A model generated the notes under the pieces. It was not told the DNA's origin. It worked only from the letters and a program-made list of their open reading frames with translations, and made no database searches. The translations under genes and the position numbers were made by a program. Shown piece after piece: positions 1 through 14,399 of a stretch of 64,000 nt of DNA. Numbering within the stretch: position 1 is the stretch's first letter; every line of letters starts with the position of its first letter. Origin of the DNA: Camelus dromedarius (taxonomy: Eukaryota); assembly GCF_036321535.1 (NCBI RefSeq), contig NC_087438.1, positions 5,582,001 to 5,646,000 on the forward strand. Direction: 5' to 3'.

Positions 1-640
1 ACCTGGAGACATGAGAATGAATGATTTTGCCTGGGAACTGCAGGGATGCTGGACCCATCAATAACCTCAATCTACATAAAAGCACAGAAGAGAAAGGGCA
101 AGTGTGAGAGACTGAGGGGTGAAACAGGAGAAGGTGATGTCAGCTGAGCCAAAGATTTGGAAGAGGATCATAAGAGGTCATTGTCAAACGACAAAGATGT
201 CTCTACCTCCACTGTTTATCTAACAATTAGATTTGTAAATGTCTCCTGAATGAAAGCAAATCCAAATGGGATGGTAATTAGTAGGTCACTGATAACCTTA
301 TTCTGAAGGTTTCAGGAGACAGGTGGGAATTAAAGAGTTTGCAGTTTGGTCAGTGAATGGAAGGGGAGGAATTATAAGCCATGCTTAGAGATGACTGTAG
401 AAATTTGATGGAAAAGGCAGGGAGAAATAGGTCAATAGTCTAAGGAGGATAAAGTTTAGGAAATACTTACTTAGGACTGGTGAGAGACTGAGTGTGTTTT
501 CATATTCATGGAAGGAGGCAATGGAAAGGAAGAAAGAGACGCTGATGGCACAAGCAATAGAAGCGATGGCTGGTGGTTCAAAGTAAGGTGAGATGGGGTC
601 CAGGCCGCTAGGAGAGGGAAGAGCTCTCATCATGAGGGGA
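1..640 (-). mobile_element. Ancient LINE-2 fragment
   Basis: Purine-rich degenerate sequence with antisense L2-type motifs (e.g. aggtcactgataacctt...gtttcagg). Boundaries approximate. Confidence 0.55.
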
Positions 641-1577
641 GATGCTCTAATGCTCAGTGACGGAAAGATGTTGATGGGCGGCCGAAGTCTAGGATCTTTA
701 CAATTTCCACTAGCTGCCTATGGACAGCTCTGCTGGAACCTGATAGATGGGAGTCCGTTAAGGCCCATTTAGGTTACTGTTTTCAACATGGGCCAAAAGT
801 CCCACGTGGGAATGCTGGACCTGATTGACCGGCCTGGACCAACAGTAAGATGTACAAATTAGGTTCTGTATGGGGCAGGGAGGCCAAAGCGCCCGGAAGG
901 GAAGCATCTGTCTCCTCCTCCCTTTGTCTGGCACCCGCCCTCTGGGACTGCGCCGTCGCCTTACTGTATCTCCGTAGGTCAGTGGAGAGGAACACTGGAG
1001 GAAGATGCCTCATGGTTCAGAGAGCTTCTCCTTGAACAACTTAAGTTTCTTTCCTCCTTTCCTCTGGATTTGGCCCCAGTGCTGGTGACATTCCAAAAAG
1101 GAAGGCCCTTTCCCGGCACTGGATGTATTCTTAGTGGCCAAAAACAGCTGAGAACTGAAGATATCCCAGCTGAAAGATTAGTTTTTGCCTCATTAAGGCA
1201 AAAAGAGAGTAGTGAGTATGATGTGAAAAGGAAGGAATGCAAACACAGATCTCAAAAAGGAGAAATTGGACAGGAAGACGTACTAAAGGAGGAGATTCTC
1301 CGAGGCACTCCCCACGCGGACTCTGCAAGTTCTACTCTTCACGCCGAGAATCTACTGATTGCACCATCTCGTCATGACAGCGGCCTTGGCTTTGAGTTTT
1401 AACCTGGTTATTCCAGAAAAAGAAGTGAACGTGGCACTGACTACACTGGGGTCAAGGAGCGCAAAGGACTGATGGGTGATCTGTGGGGTGAGCAGGCAGC
1501 GATTGGGACAACAGGAATGTCGAATGGGAGCAGAGGGAGGGGGGTCACTGGAGTAAAGTCATATATTTGCATCTCGT

Positions 1578-2250
1578 CCATTCATTTATTCATCCATTTA
1601 TTCATCACTGAGGGATTGGAGAACACACACCACATGCTTATTCCTGTGCCCAGCAGTGGGGACGCTCATGCAATGATTCGCTCTGTGTTCTTGAGAAGCA
1701 CCCAGTCTGGTCAGAGGGGCAGCTGAAAACTCTTATGCATAGTGTGAAGCGGGAGGTTGTGGCTTGAATGCAAGTGCTTATCCCAGCCTAGGGAGGTCAA
1801 GGAAAGCCTTTCTGTGAAGTTTACGTCTAATCTCAGTTATAAAGATATGGATTTAGGTGAGACAAACCCCTGCCAGTAACAGTCTCCAGCACAGGAGAGG
1901 AGGACAGGGCAAAGGCCCAGAGGCGGGATGCTCTTGAGAAACTGACCCAGTCTGAAGACAAGGATGCTCTGAACCCAGAAATCTAGGAAATGACCCTCTC
2001 TGATGAAGGTGCGGAAGGATTTAGAGACTGGATCTGGTCTTAAGCCAAAGAGAGGTCCTTAAATTGATCTGAATTTTTAGATGACTCTCTTTGGATTAGC
2101 TGGTGTTGAGACTGAAGGAGGTAGACCAGTGACTAGGAAGCTGTTGAGGAGGGCAGGTGAGAGGTGCCTTCCCCAAGGCTGTATCTGGGAAGTGGAGGAA
2201 GGTAAACACATCTGAGCCATACTAAGAAGGGAGAATTGACAGGGGGACTT
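1578..2250 (-). mobile_element. LINE-2 3' fragment
   Basis: Starts with the antisense L2 tail cattcatttattcatccattt, followed by a degenerate L2-like body. Confidence 0.6.
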
Positions 2251-5200
2251 CTGAGACAATCTGGCCACAAACTGCATGCATTTGATTGAAGATACTCCGT
2301 TATCCAGAGCGTTTTGATTTTTATCAGAGTAATTACAGGCAGCAGGAGGGGGTCTGTGGTGCACCTGCAGCCAGTCAGATGTTAATGGATGAATATATGT
2401 AAAAAAACCCCACCATGGTGGATGAAATACACATTTGGCCCATAGTGATGATTTTTATATGCACTTACATTTAAGTGTCGCTAAGTATTCTACATAGTTG
2501 CTCTCCCACTCCTTAATCATAACTGACTGCGCCGGCATTTACATAGGAGGGAAAGAAATCTTATGAGACTTAGGAACTCACCCACTTTAGGTGCTGTGAA
2601 GTCCGGGGTCCATCAAGGTCAGGGGCGTCCCACCCCAAAGCCCATGTGTTGGGGCAACTTCCAGTGCTGATTCTTTGGTCCTTGGAAGTGCGCTCCGTTA
2701 GTGATTCCTGGCTTCTCTCTTCTCTCCTCCCTGTGCCCAGGGAACAGCCGTGTCTGAGTAGCTTTCCCGGGACCAGTGAGCTGGGCGTCTCGATGCCACC
2801 CTGTCCTGTCCTCTGTGGGACACCTGCCTGCCCCAGCGAGTCCGCTGTGCAGCCCTGCCCTTGGCCTGGGCAGGAGGAGGGAGAGGCAGGTTTGCAGAGC
2901 CTCCTTTCCTCTGCAGAAACCTCTATCAGGTGTGGGGTGATGCTCCAATGAGCCATCTGCCCGCTGACTACCCCCCTGAGGCAGAGCCCAGGTGGGGGAA
3001 CGGGTGGGTTGTACCCTCTGAGACCCCGCACCTTGGTCTCCCCGTCAGCCACTGCCTGTCACGGGGAGACTGAACAATCCGCTTCTGCCACATACTGGTT
3101 TGTGTTCCTCATTCCTACAAGTGAGGCTGGGGCTACAGACCCACCCTCACCCTGCCCTGGGTGACATCACTTGTGGCTGCAGCCCACTAACGTCACAAAC
3201 TTGGGTGACGTCAGAGGAGGGCTCACAGCCTGGCAGAGACTCCTCGGCCACCATGCCAGTTCTGGTGCCAAAGCCAAGCATGTATTCTCAACTTTGCCTG
3301 AATCTGTTGACTGCCTTTCAAAACTGTAAAGGCAATTTGTAGAACATTTTTACAAATGATACTGGAAATGCTATGAAATCAAGACATCAGTACAGTATTG
3401 GCTCAGGGCAAGTTTCCTCATATGTAATGTTTCCTGTCATTTTCTTTTCAGGGTCCCTTTTCATGTGACCCTTAGTGCTGGAATTTTATTTTTGCAGAAC
3501 ATTTTGCCTTCAGTAAACAACCCATTAGAAGAAATAGAATTCAGTTTTGCTCTGAATTTATCTTACATAAGAAATTTTCTGTAGCAAATAAGTACAAATC
3601 AGCATTTTATTCTGAACAAAAATGACAGGTGCAGAAAAAAGAACTTGCAAAGGAAAAAAAAAAAAGAAAAGATAAAACAACGTAACCAGTATTGAGAATG
3701 TTGTGACCCAAATCTCACTGTTTTGTGTAGAAACTAGGACCATAAGAAGAGCTTTGTCCTCTCTGGTGTTAGCTGCAGACAGATAATCTGACCAACTAGA
3801 ATTGCTCAGGCTTCTCGGTGTCTTTAGTTTTATTTTTTTATTTCTCTGTGGTCTGACACCTTCCTAGGCAAGTGTTCAGGGTGTTTTCTCATTCTTCACT
3901 CATTTATTTGGAATGAAGACTTCTGAAGCACCAAGGATGGGCAGCTAGCCCCGTTATTGACACGTCGCTCTTGTTGGGACCATATCAGAGTGTTTCTTAG
4001 AAATCAGCCTGGCTTTCAAGAATGGTCCATAGTGTGTGATAAATATTTGATTCTAGCCAAATATTAGTATACATAGTTTGTGTCCTTAAAAAAATTAAGT
4101 GGCTCACTATAAGGATTAATAAAATGCAGATTATAATCATTTTAGTTTTCCCTTATTAATTAAAATGGAGGTGGTGTCTGGAGGTGAGAGACAAGGCATC
4201 CACTTTAAAAAACCCTCGTATGATCCACTATATGATAGAAACCCAATGTCACATTGTCCAAAACAGCATGGAGGCAGTGAATATGAAAAGAAACTAAAAT
4301 GGCTGCAGTACATTTAAGGCAACATAAGAAATACTCTTATTTTTATTTCTACTTAACCCGATGCATCTGTGTTGAACGGGAGTCTAGTTTATTATTTATT
4401 GATGAGTAATTTGGTTGCTCACTTTCCATCTTTAGGTCTCCTTGCTTAACGTTCAAGTTGATGTACCTGAACTTGATTTTTCTTTCTTTTCTTTTCCTTC
4501 CTTTGTGGTAAAAGTCTTCATAGATTCCAGAAACAGAATCTCCGTGACCTTGTCAAATGCTTCACTACAAACACTTTACTTCATCTATATTCTATGAGTC
4601 CAGAATGCATCATTTTGGTGCTTTTACTTATTTTTCCCTGCAGATAGCATTTATTGATTGGTCTTAACATTTATCAAAGACCTACCTGGTTTCTTTTCAA
4701 TGAATAATGAATCAAAACCAGTTTAAGCCGAGACACTGATTCTCAGCCTTCCTGAAGGAGATTCATTTCTCACTGGATACAAAGCCTGGTAATCATCAAG
4801 CAACAGAGACATTTGATCATCTGAACATACTTCAGCTAGTAATTAAAAACACTCTAGCACCAATATGGATTCTTGGTTTTTTAATTCCATCTTTCCTACC
4901 CAATTATTTCTAGTGCCTGCTGGACAGATGAGAATCTTAGGTTGCCTTTCTGAGGCTGGAGGAAGACCGGTGCATGCCTATGGGTGTTGGTGTAGACGAG
5001 ATTAAGACAAGCCCTGTACAGGTGACCCAGGTAATTTTCAGGGATGTCATTAACATGTAGAGCTGCGCTCTTCCCTCCCATTTTTAAATCAAGAGATTTC
5101 AAAATTCCTTCTGGGTCTCTATTTTAAGCCAGTAAGAAAAGCTCGGGGCAAGACTCCCTGTGGCTGGTGCATTTCTTCTGGGAAATGAAGATATCTTGGC

Positions 5201-8200
5201 TTCTTAAAATGTTAGAAATGACAGTAAAATGCCTTTCTCAGTGTTACCAGGGATTTTCCCTGTGGTTCTGGGTTTAATCTTAAAACTGGAAGATCACAAA
5301 AATGAAAATCTGTAAAGAAATAAATCATGGGAAATCTTTCAATTTGCTCAACCATTTCAATGTTTTATGACCCATATATGTTGGTATTGATAAGTGAAGG
5401 ACAGATATTATTTGCATTTTTCAGAAGATAAAAAAAGCAGATATTGCCATGTAACTGAGCGAGGTCACAGCTTAAGACCCCATGATTTAGCTCTGACCGC
5501 CCCTTCTCCAAGGAGGTCATTTCCCAACAAAGCGGCAGCAGTGGCCGCCATATGGAGCTGCAGGATGGAAGGAAGACAAAGGCCAGGTGCACAGGATAAA
5601 CCGTCCCCACCCTGGCTTGCCTGGGGCAGCACGTGGCTCACCATCACTGTTACGGGAACTCACCCACGTTGAGGCGCTACCGCTGGCAGCGCGTAGTCTA
5701 GGTCTGGAGAGTCTGTGGCAAACAAGCTTTCTCTTATGGCGAGCTTACGTCCTCAGTGCGCAGGGGTTAAGCCAAGTTTTCTCAGAAAATTAATAAACAA
5801 TGTCATACGGAGATTCCAATACTTTAGAACTGATATTGAACCTGGTTTGTTTACACAGCACTCAGAAAGTCAAAATGCTGAGATGCTGAGGTTTTCAGCA
5901 AAGAAAGGGTTTACTCACAAGGCAGCCAAGTGAGGAGCTGGGAGAACAACCCTGAAGGAGATGGTCTGGTGACATTAGGGGACAAGGAAGCGGGGTGGTC
6001 CTGGGCGTGGGGAAAGGTGAATGGTGGTGAGGGAGGGGAGAGGCCATCGGTGTTCTGTGCAGGTGCACATGAGTTACCTGCTTCTTTGTGGGATGCGTGC
6101 TCAAAAATAGAGGTGGTTAGTGTGATCTGAGGGTGAGGTTTGTGGACCTCTGACATCAAAAGGTCACTTATCAGACACTTGCACAGGCCCAGTTTTCGGG
6201 TCAGTGGCCCCAACTAGTCTTGGCCAGTAAGAACTTGAACTAGATATAGCTGACTCCAAGTTTCTAGGCAACAACTCAGGCAAACATCGTATTGTTTAAG
6301 CTACGTGAAACTTGGAGGCGATGCACTTTGGAACAGGGTAATTAAGACAAGCTTGCTCAGTAAAGGCAGGCTACAAGCCTTGGGGGTTTTTAATACACTC
6401 TGAGACAAGCACAAGGATTTCTGTTAGTCGCCAGCTTCCGTTAACGCCACGCGGCATCGTTACCACAGAACCGGGACCACTTGTCAGGACGCAAGCCTGA
6501 AGCCGAAGCGCTGGGCCTTGACTCTCGGCAGGTTCTCACCCATGGGAAGTCCCAGCAGTCCTCCTCCTCTCCTTGTGACTGCGTCTTTACCTTCTCCCTC
6601 GATGATGTGTTTCCCTCTTCCAGGGAAGTCCTGGACTGAAAGAATCTGTTCTTTCGCGGGTAGATGAGCTGACAGCACTCGCTCTCTCAGAGAGATTCAC
6701 AGAAGAGGTGGCTGTGAAGACGGTTTTCCTTCCCCCCACAGCAGCCCTTCAGCGCCTGTGAGAGGAAGGCCTTCCCCATCAGGGGAGGGACGTTCTGTCT
6801 GCAGCAGAGAATAGAGCCGTCACATGACCTGGTTGGGACTTTCAGACAAGCTCCCAGTGCCTGATCATGGGGGTTCCTTCAGGGCAAAACAGAAACAGCA
6901 CATTCATAAATTCTTCTAGTTTCTGCTGGGTTTGTTACTTAAGTTGCTTTACTAGGCATATGGAAGCAGAATCTAAAATGAGTGAAAGGCTTTTTCCAAA
7001 TCATTTTTTTAAAAAAAATTATAGACCGGAAGTGATCAGCATTATAGGTTTTGGAAGTAGGAAGGGACAAAAGGACAGGCTGGAAAAAGACGTGAGAAGG
7101 AGGCTGGATGTGCACAGGGGCTGCTAGCTGACTTTCTTTCCACCACCGAGGCAAAGCCACACCTGAACAGAGAGCTGCCGCCGAGGCCCAGGTGCTGCCG
7201 GGCCGGGACGAGCGCGCACGGGGGGCCGCTGCGCTCATCGGTTCAGGAGCAGCAGGGCTGGAGAGGACGGCACCCGCTCCGTCTGCACGGCCCCCACGTC
7301 CAGCGCTGAGATGTGTATTTGCTGGGGCACTTGGGAATTAAGTGACTTGTGTGATTTAATCTCATGCCAGTCCTCAGCTTTAAGTTTCAAGTGATCTTGC
7401 CCTTGCAAGAAATACGCTTTTCCTCAAGGATCTCTGAAAAATCCCACGAGCACCGTTCTTGGATAAATATTGTCACTTCAACTGACAAATGGAAAAGCCA
7501 GACACAGGGTCCCCAGGGCAGTGGGTGGCATCAAAGGGTTCTGGGCTGGGAATTAAAGCCACACCTTCAGGACCCCGTGCTGCCCCCACTCTCTGGGTGG
7601 TCAAGGGCACGTCCCCAGCCTTTCCCAGGACTTCGCCTTTCCCTTCACATGCTAATGGGGTTGGAGAGCCACGCCCAGCAACTCCCCGCCACACTCCTCC
7701 CAGCTTATTGGAGTCAATGGTTCTCAACTCTGACCTTATAGGGCACTTATGATTGCCTTTGACGTTTGTGTCCTCACCCTGATGAGCTGGTAACAGCTTG
7801 GGGTGAAGTGGGGTCTCTCTCTAGACCTTTGCCCATGGAATTGAACGACAGTCACCTTGAGCTCACTGTGCAGAGAGCTGATGCCTCACACAGCAGAACT
7901 AGCAGGAAATACAATAAAACAAAAAATCTCAGCATGGAACAGCTTAAAATCTAGAAGTCAAGCAAAGGCAACACAAGGCACCCGACACAGTGTGTCCTGT
8001 GTAAAATCATTGACTGAATGAAGGCCATGTTGGGGTTGGCATCCTTTGTTTCAACAAACAGGACAGAATTTCCGACTAAAAGAAATTCGTAAACACCATT
8101 GACCAGCTGGGAAAATTTGAGAAGACTGAACTCCCAGACTTTCACTTATTCCTGTTTGTGTTCCTCACACAATAATGAGATAATCAAAAGCAATGCTGCA

Positions 8201-9084
8201 CATGACACTGGCTGGGGGATGTTATGTGTCATGTGGAGTGTTCATTCTGCTTTTATTAAAGTCTCAGGTTTGGGAGCATGGTTCCGACATCTTGATTTCT
8301 GAGTTGGGTCTTACAATCGTCTCAGGGTTTAATAGCCTGTCAAAAGTCTGACAGAGAAGGTGGTAGGACTTAATCTAGCCAGCTTGTCTGATGAACCATT
8401 TATTATTTCACTCATCCCCATTCTTCTCCCACCATCCAAGTGCTTCACGGGTGTGGCTCTTTTACAATTGTGGAACTGAATGATGGCAAACTTGAGGTGT
8501 CCAGTCAGAGGTCATTCTTTTTTCTGATAAACATGAAACCGTAATTACCTTTAATACATCAATTAACATAAACAAAGATAACAGGGCAGCTGTTTCTTCA
8601 TGATGGTGGGAGCTGCTTGAGGGTCAGGGTGATAGCATTTCATCTCTGTTACCACAACTGTCTGGAAAGTATCAGGCTTTAAAGACATACATAGAATAAG
8701 TGAGTGAGGAATGAATAAAATCAACAATATTCTGATTATGCTTTATGATCAATCATGGTCTCATCTAAATGCCACAGGGAGCTGGAGATCTGCTAGTCCA
8801 AACCCTGTGTTCTGAGGAGGCTGAAATGCAAATGGAAGGAGTTACCAACCAAGGCTGTAAAATTATGAAGTGTCTAGCAACAAATCGTAAGGCGCCCAGC
8901 ACAAGGTCTGTGTCCTACCCTATCCCATACTGCATTCTTAGCTGCGGTGAGCAGTCTTTGTGTTTACAGAGTGAATTAGAAGCCAACCTTAGATTTGTTT
9001 CCTGAGGCTTCTGTGTCCTGAGAGGTTGGGTTGTGCCCAAATGTGCCTTTTCACTAATATGCTTGATACCCCTGGTTGAGGAAT

Positions 9085-9730
9085 TGTAACTGATCACGAC
9101 CCAGTGGAGACTTCCTGGGACAGACATCCCCCATGTTCTCCACCTGCCTCTTGTTTGTAGATAAACTTTAGCCTCCTGAGGCTTCCCCAAGTTCCAAAGA
9201 ATAAATTTAATCGGAGAAATGAGAAAATGCAGAAACAAAGGAAAACAGTCATGCAAGACAAAGTAATAGTTTAGCCATCAAACAAAGTCAAGGACCTTTA
9301 GCTCCTCCTCAAGGACGATAGATAATGCTCTGAGCCACGTCCTTGGAGCTGTTTTGCAGACAGTGAAACCCCCACCAGGTAACAGAAGTTAACTGTTTGC
9401 TGCCCACAAGCACATAGACCCCAGAACAATTGGAAGCAGCAGGTTAATGATATTGACTACTGATAATCTCACCACAAACCAATCCAAAAAATGTCCATGA
9501 GCTGATCACACACCCAGCAACCCTGTCCTCAGCACACAGCCCCTTTCTCTTTTCCCTATATAATCTCTGAGCAAAACCTGGGGCATGGGAGTTAGTTCTT
9601 TGGGGCATGAGTCCACCTTCTTCCCAAGATTGCTGGCTTCCTCAATAAAGCTCTCTTTCCTTTTACCCAGCACTTGTCTTTCAGTATTGGATTCTTGAGC
9701 AACAAGCAACCAAACCTGAGTTTGATAACA
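9085..9730 (+). mobile_element. ERV1-class solo LTR (646 bp)
   Basis: TG...CA termini (tgtaac...gataaca), perfect 4-bp TSD GAAT (9081-9084 and 9731-9734), TATA-like ctatataa near 9557 and AATAAA near 9644. Confidence 0.85.
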
Positions 9731-12204
9731 GAATGAGGGTGACGAAGCCCTGACAGCATCAGGACCCCTGCACATCCCTCCCTGGGAGGTGACGCAAAGC
9801 ATTGCCTTCACCCAACAGAGAGGACTTTTTTGTTTCCTGCCCTGCCTTTGGCCCCTCTTCTTGTCCTTCAGGTAGAGAAGTGTCGACTTTCCTCAAATAT
9901 CTATTCCTGTTTGTTAAGCTGCTCCAAGATAGAGTTAGTTAGAAACAGATAATGTAGAGATGGACTCACTTCAGACTTCCTGAGATAGAGAAAAAGAAAA
10001 ATCTTAAGTGGCTTGTGAGTAATCTAATGATTTCACTTTCTTATCATGTATCTCCAAATCCAGGTTGAGTCTCATCCCCTGAAAACACGTCCATGAACTA
10101 GCTCATCCTCAGATGATTTTACTTCTGTGCATGTTTCCAACACCCCCTTGCCCTAGTGCTTATTGCTGCACCTTCCTGGATCTTCAGTGTCCCAGCAGGT
10201 GGCAAAGACATCCCACCCCCCCCAGCCAGAGACCCCCACTGGCTGGGCCCGGGGGCTGGTGGGCTTTCCCATGCCTGAGATCCCCCCTGAGCATCTAACC
10301 TCTGCTCTTCCTGGAGCCTCTGCCTTTACTGGCTCTTCTCCAGAGTTTGGAATTGTTCCTTCTGCTCTGGGAGGGTCTCCTTCCTGGGAATCCAATCACA
10401 TGGGAATTTTACTTTCCTGGATTAAACTCTCATATGGGTTGTTTTGTATTAGTCAGCAGCTGCCACACTTCCTGAAACGGTGGCTTCGGTTCTGCTGGAG
10501 GCAAGCCGATCTGTCTGGCAGCCAAGTTAAACAGGAGGTGCTTTTAGACCATTTTTGGAATTATTCTTTTTCTCTTGACATTCAGTTGTAATTATGGGAA
10601 TTTAGATACCTATGGGTTTTGACACAAGGCCATGGGACTTTTTGAGGCTTCTGGCACAATTCCTGTGTCTAGTAATCACCAAAAGATCAAGAAAGCAGGG
10701 AGAAGTGGATTCATTCATTGTGGATAATTTGTACCAGGCAGTGCATCTTACAACATCTCAAGAAGACATCTTCCTGATCTGTGATAGAGGCAAATGACAT
10801 TTCTGGTTTCCAGATAAATTGGTTACTAGCTTTTTTGATTGCTGGGACTATTCAAGGGTCTTATTCACTCTGATCCCTGATCTGGCCTATCATTTCCTGG
10901 TGACAACCCAATTGTCCTTGATGTTTCCTAGTGTTAATTACTAGTGTTAACTTTAGTCTGTGGAGCTAGAGAAATATTTTAGTTATTTTGTCTTTTACTG
11001 GGGAGGAGTTTACAATAAAGTTTTCCTTAAAATAAATAGAAATGTTCCCTCTGACTTTCCTCTCTTCCTTTCCAATCCAAAATGAACAAATATTACAAAA
11101 ATAGGTGAATCCCTTCTTTAAATTAAACTGGCTTCCTATGTGACCACGCAATAAGAATCAGCCACCTTATCTTGTCATCACTGCTTCACCTGCTGAGTAA
11201 CAAACATTCCTCTTTTTCAAAGGAGATAGGGCCCCAGGTTTCTCTACACCCTTAATTGTGATGTCCTACTTTTTTGCCCACCTCCCTTTACAGTGTGAAT
11301 ACTAAGTTTCTCGTAGCTACTCTTCCAGATGGCCCCAGTGAACCACAGTGCCTGAGGGTCGCATCCTGGGGGCCTACTTGTGTAACCAACAGAATGCAGT
11401 GGCCGTGATCCAGCTCCTGAGACCTAACTCCCATCCCAATCCCAAGCCAGGCTCTTTGTGAACCCCAGGCTGTAGGCGCTGCCCTCAGGAGCAGGCGCTG
11501 GCAGGTCCCGAGAAAGAATTTTAAAGGAATATCCTGCTTTATCTGGAGCTAACTACATTAAATTTTCTGACGTGAGGAGGGGGCTGGGCTTGAGATTATT
11601 TGATTAAAGAAAGGTAAGGTTGTACAGTTTTTTCTTTTTTGCATGCCTGAGTTTGTGGCCACTACAAAGAAACAAATACATCTTGCATAAAAATTTGGAT
11701 TTTTCAGCTTAAGTTGTTATCTTAAGATTCTGCAGAAAGCCAGTCATATAGTTAAAGCTTAATATCAGGTTTTCTGACTCAAAGTCAAACACATTTTTTT
11801 TTCCTTTGTCAGTTTGTAGAAGCAACAACTTCCAACAGGCCTCGTGGGAGAGGCCTCTTGTCTCTATGTGTGCGCCCAGGTTATTTTTGGACAGCTTGTC
11901 TCTAGGACATTGAGGAAGGCCTTGAATTTAGTGTTGCATGTTGTGCCGTTGTTTGTTCTGGACACTTCTTGCCTAGTGGCTGTTGGGAAATCAGGGCTCT
12001 GGTTTCTGCTACAAACTCTGAGATTTTGGCGTCTTCCTCAAACTGGAAGAAATAAATATTTGTGCTGTTTTACACTTCTTTGGCTCTCACTCAAGATAAG
12101 CCAAGCAGATGTATTTCTTTCTGCTTTGGGACTTTGTGCTGGAAAAGACAGTCCTGGGTGAAAACAGGAGGACACAGGAGGCCAGCTGGTGCGGGACAGA
12201 GCAG

Positions 12205-13255
12205 AAGAAACTGTCGACAAAATGCAAAGACGATCTACTGAAGGGGAGAAAATATCTGCAAATTATGGGACTGATAAGGGGTTAATATCCAAAATATAGA
12301 AACACTTCACACAATTCAGTATTTTAAAAAATTGATTAAAAGTGAGCAGAAGACTTGAATAAACACGTTTCCAAAGAGGACAGACAGAAGGTCAACAGGC
12401 ATATAAAAAATGCTCAACATTGCTAATTATTAGAGAAAAGCAAATCAAACCCATAATGAGATACCACCTCTCACCTGTCAGAATGGTTCACCAAAATGAA
12501 CACAAATAACAAAAGTTGGGGAGAATGTGGAGAAAAGGAAGCCTTGTACGCTGTTGCTGGAAATGTGAATTGGTGCAGCCACCGCGGAAGACAGTATGGA
12601 AGTTTTTAAAAAAACTAAAAATAGAACTGTCATATGATCCAGCAATTCTACACCTGGGTCTATACCTGAAAAAAATGAAAATACTAATTCTGAAAGATAC
12701 ATGCACCCCAGTGTTCATAGTAGCACTATTTACAATAGCCAAGATGTGGGAGCAGCCCAGGTTTCCATCAACAGATGAATGGGTAAAGAAGATGTGGTGT
12801 GTATACACAATAGAATGTGACTCAGCCATAAAAAATAATGAAATTCTGCTGTTTGCAACAATGTGGATGAACTTAGAGAGTACTATGCTTAGTGAAATAA
12901 ATCAAAGACAAATACCTTAGGTTATCACCTGTATGTGGAATCTAAGAAATCAAACAAATGTATATAATAAAACAGAAAACAGGCTCACGGTTATGGAAAA
13001 TAGACTAGTGGTTACCAGTGGGAAGAGGAAAGGAGAGAGGGGCAAGAGAGGGGTATGGGTTTAAAAGATGCAAACTATTATGTGTGAAATAGATAAGCAA
13101 CAAGGATGTATTGTACAGCATAGGGGAATATAGCCATTTTTTTGTAATAGCTTTAAATGGAGTATAATCTATAAAAATATTGAATCTCTATGTTGTACAC
13201 CTGAAACTAATACAATATTGTAAATCAACTATATTTCAATAAAAATAAAATAAAC
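12205..13255 (+). mobile_element. 5'-truncated L1 (ORF2 C-terminus, 3' UTR, A-tail)
   Basis: ORF 12516-12920 gives L1 ORF2 C-terminal motifs (YDPAILHLGLY, TCTPVFIVALFTIAKMWEQPRFPSTDEWVKKMW). Ends in aataaaaataaaataaa. Confidence 0.95.
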
Positions 13256-14399
13256 CTTGGTCAAAAATAGAAGGAAAATTTTAATAAGCTAAAAGATTTA
13301 ATCCATATATAGGGCTGTTTAATGTCAGTGAGACAAGTACCTGAGAAAAAGTGTAATATGTAAATCAGGTTTTCTTCACCTCTTTGTCCGGAGCTTACAA
13401 AGGTACACAGGATCTGATCATATGAATCCAGGTCAGGCGTACATGAGCAGGTATGTTTCCTGGAGCACAGTCCTAGAGAACAGTACCTCCTTATCTACAG
13501 ACCTGTTAATTAACTTGAAGTGTTACTTTCTCTCCATCTTCTCCTACCAAGCACCCAAAATACAAAAGAAGAACAAATATAGGTTAGCTCCCATAGACTC
13601 TCCCATTAAAAAAGGGGCAAAATGGGAGACACACATAACTCATTGGTCCACAATAATTCTGAAATCTAACAGGATCACTGGGGGCTGCAGCCAGAATTTA
13701 AATATGGAGAGCTAGTTCTAGAACCCCTGCTTTTAGTTACCACCCCATGCCACCTCTTACAACCTTACATGGCTTTGTAAGTTTTAATGGAGATCTGAAC
13801 CTTGTAAATCCTGTATCATCCTTTGTTACTACTTTTCCATCTTCTTTCATTGCTACTGGCATATTTTATAGAAGCTTAATTTTCACATGCTGGCTTCAGA
13901 TTGACCTCCGTCACAATTTAGTTGACTAGGAGGATTGTTTCAGACAATATCCTGCAGAAACCTGCAGTGAGCTGACAGAATGACTACGAACTAACTCAAA
14001 ACATATTTTGAGAGCATCAGTGTGCCCTCCTGATTATCAATAGACAGTGGCTATTGATCAAGAAGAGGATGAGATGCCAAGTAAGAGAAACTGTGCCACA
14101 TCCTGTGTGTTATGTTGCTCAAATTGTTTCTTTTTATGTATTTTCTCTTCAGAATTCTTTATGCAATCTTAATGCAGATAGTACCCAGAGTTGTTAGCAG
14201 AGATGAGAAGAGAAATTAGACTTATTCTGTATGACTGTATTAGTTGGACCTACACAAATGTCAAAAGTAAACATAATGAATTTTATGCAATGATTTTACA
14301 AGATAATTTTCTAAAGATGGAATGGAATATCTAGGGAGGTAATGAGTATCCATTCACAGAGGGGTTTAATCATATGCTGGATGACAAAGTGATATGAAT

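Noticed and set aside
2570..3052. Longest ORF (160 aa, minus strand)
   Set aside because: GC-rich with overlapping ORFs on both strands, no recognisable motif and no convincing splice context.
12516..12920. 134-aa ORF as a host gene
   Set aside because: It is the L1 ORF2 C-terminus. The same applies to 34179-34475.
13944..14090. Plus-strand exon-like segment (ttcag...caa|gtaaga)
   Set aside because: Stops in all frames, no recognisable homology, and the following intron would be only about 62 nt.
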